Shown here piece after piece: positions 32,928-33,226 of a DNA stretch of 33,226 nucleotides. The stretch's first letter is position 1. Every line of letters starts with the position of its first letter. The position numbers were made by a program, and so were the translations under genes. The notes beneath the pieces were generated by a model. It saw nothing but the letters and a program-made list of their open reading frames with translations, had not been told where the DNA came from and did no database searches. This stretch comes from Bacteroidota bacterium (GTDB lineage Bacteria; Bacteroidota; Bacteroidia; AKYH767-A; 2013-40CM-41-45), in contig JBJOMA010000294.1 of NCBI GenBank assembly GCA_046052625.1, forward strand, positions 1 through 33,226, written 5' to 3'.

Positions 32928-33021
32928 TTTTTAATTAAGAATTCAGAATGAAGAATGAAGAATTAATTAGTTAACATTCTGCATTCTGCACTCTGCATTC
33001 TACATTCTGCATTCCACATTA
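32928..33021. repeat. Heptamer-phased palindromic repeat, copy R (between the four-helix-bundle gene start and the atpA stop)
   Basis: - Starts TTTTTAATTAAGAATTCAGA.
- Forward 7-mers: AGAATTC AGAATGA AGAATGA AGAATTA.
- Centre: ATTAGTT.
- Inverted 7-mers: AACATTC TGCATTC TGCACTC TGCATTC TACATTC TGCATTC CACATTA.
- The 7-bp phase is unbroken, and the last unit overlaps the atpA stop codon. Confidence 0.85.
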
Positions 33022-33226
33022 CGCTTTATATTTCCCACTCAGCTCCTTCGCCACTTTCTCCAGCACCGAGGTCACGCTGTCGTCGATAACACCTTTGCGT
33101 AACGTATCCAACGTGGATTTGTGCTGCGCGTCCAACAGCGCCAGGTATTCGCCTTCGAATTCCCTTACGCGGTTGACCGGAACATCACGCAGCAAATTGC
33201 GCGTACCTAAGTAGATGATAGCGATT
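33019..33226 (-). CDS. atpA: F1Fo ATP synthase alpha subunit, C-terminal 68 codons (partial, runs off the right edge)
   Basis: Own translation of the minus strand: IAIIYLGTRNLLRDVPVNRVREFEGEYLALLDAQHKSTLDTLRKGVIDDSVTSVLEKVAKELSGKYKA, stop TAA at 33021..33019. This matches the AtpA C-terminal helical domain. It is absent from the ORF track because no start codon lies in the window. Confidence 0.85.
   Translation of the reverse strand, partial: IAIIYLGTRNLLRDVPVNRVREFEGEYLALLDAQHKSTLDTLRKGVIDDSVTSVLEKVAKELSGKYKA

Noticed and set aside
32416-33021. Possibility that the repeated GAATGCA/TGCATTC units are a CRISPR array.
   Set aside because: The units are 7 bp and directly abutting with no spacers, and they are arranged as inverted arrays. 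No cas genes are present. This is not CRISPR architecture.

Overview
This 33.2-kb window looks like a Bacteroidota chromosome segment. Six proteins end in T9SS (Por) C-terminal sorting domains, genes sit close together, and one TAnnTTTG-type -7 box is visible. All calls come from reading the supplied ORF translations and the DNA by eye; no searches were run.

Layout, left to right:
- T9SS cargo with a NIDO-like domain
- hrpB helicase
- 1150-aa T9SS cargo whose PNGase F-like fold seems split by a large LamG-containing insertion
- small beta-barrel OMP, membrane-anchored dihaem cytochrome c, second beta-barrel-like protein
- DUF983 protein, purQ, ECF-type sigma factor, folE
- CarH/LitR-type MerR regulator carrying B12 photoreceptor motifs
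- T9SS cargo made of three exact 230-aa repeats
- thioredoxin-like [2Fe-2S] ferredoxin plus a coupled unknown ORF, and a DUF421 membrane protein
- T9SS cargo with CUB-like, PKD and GEVED domains
- M36 (fungalysin-type) metalloprotease
- a visibly AT-richer accessory stretch (about 25.7-31.5 kb): small unknown ORF, signal-peptide HNH nuclease, minimal PD-(D/E)xK nuclease-fold protein, T9SS-targeted multicopper oxidase, about 1.1 kb of ORF-free DNA, and a truncated REP-associated (Y1/IS200-like) transposase remnant with hairpin repeats
- atpG, then a four-helix-bundle (23S-IVS/Avd family) gene inserted between atpG and the 3' end of atpA, bracketed by two copies of a heptamer-phased palindromic repeat

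No rRNA, tRNA or CRISPR array was recognised.

Best candidates for something new:
- the repeat-bracketed four-helix-bundle cassette inside the atp operon
- the secreted-HNH plus small-ORF pair and the neighbouring orphan nuclease in the AT-rich island
- the nested PNGase F-like architecture
- the sigma/folE/CarH-like putative light module
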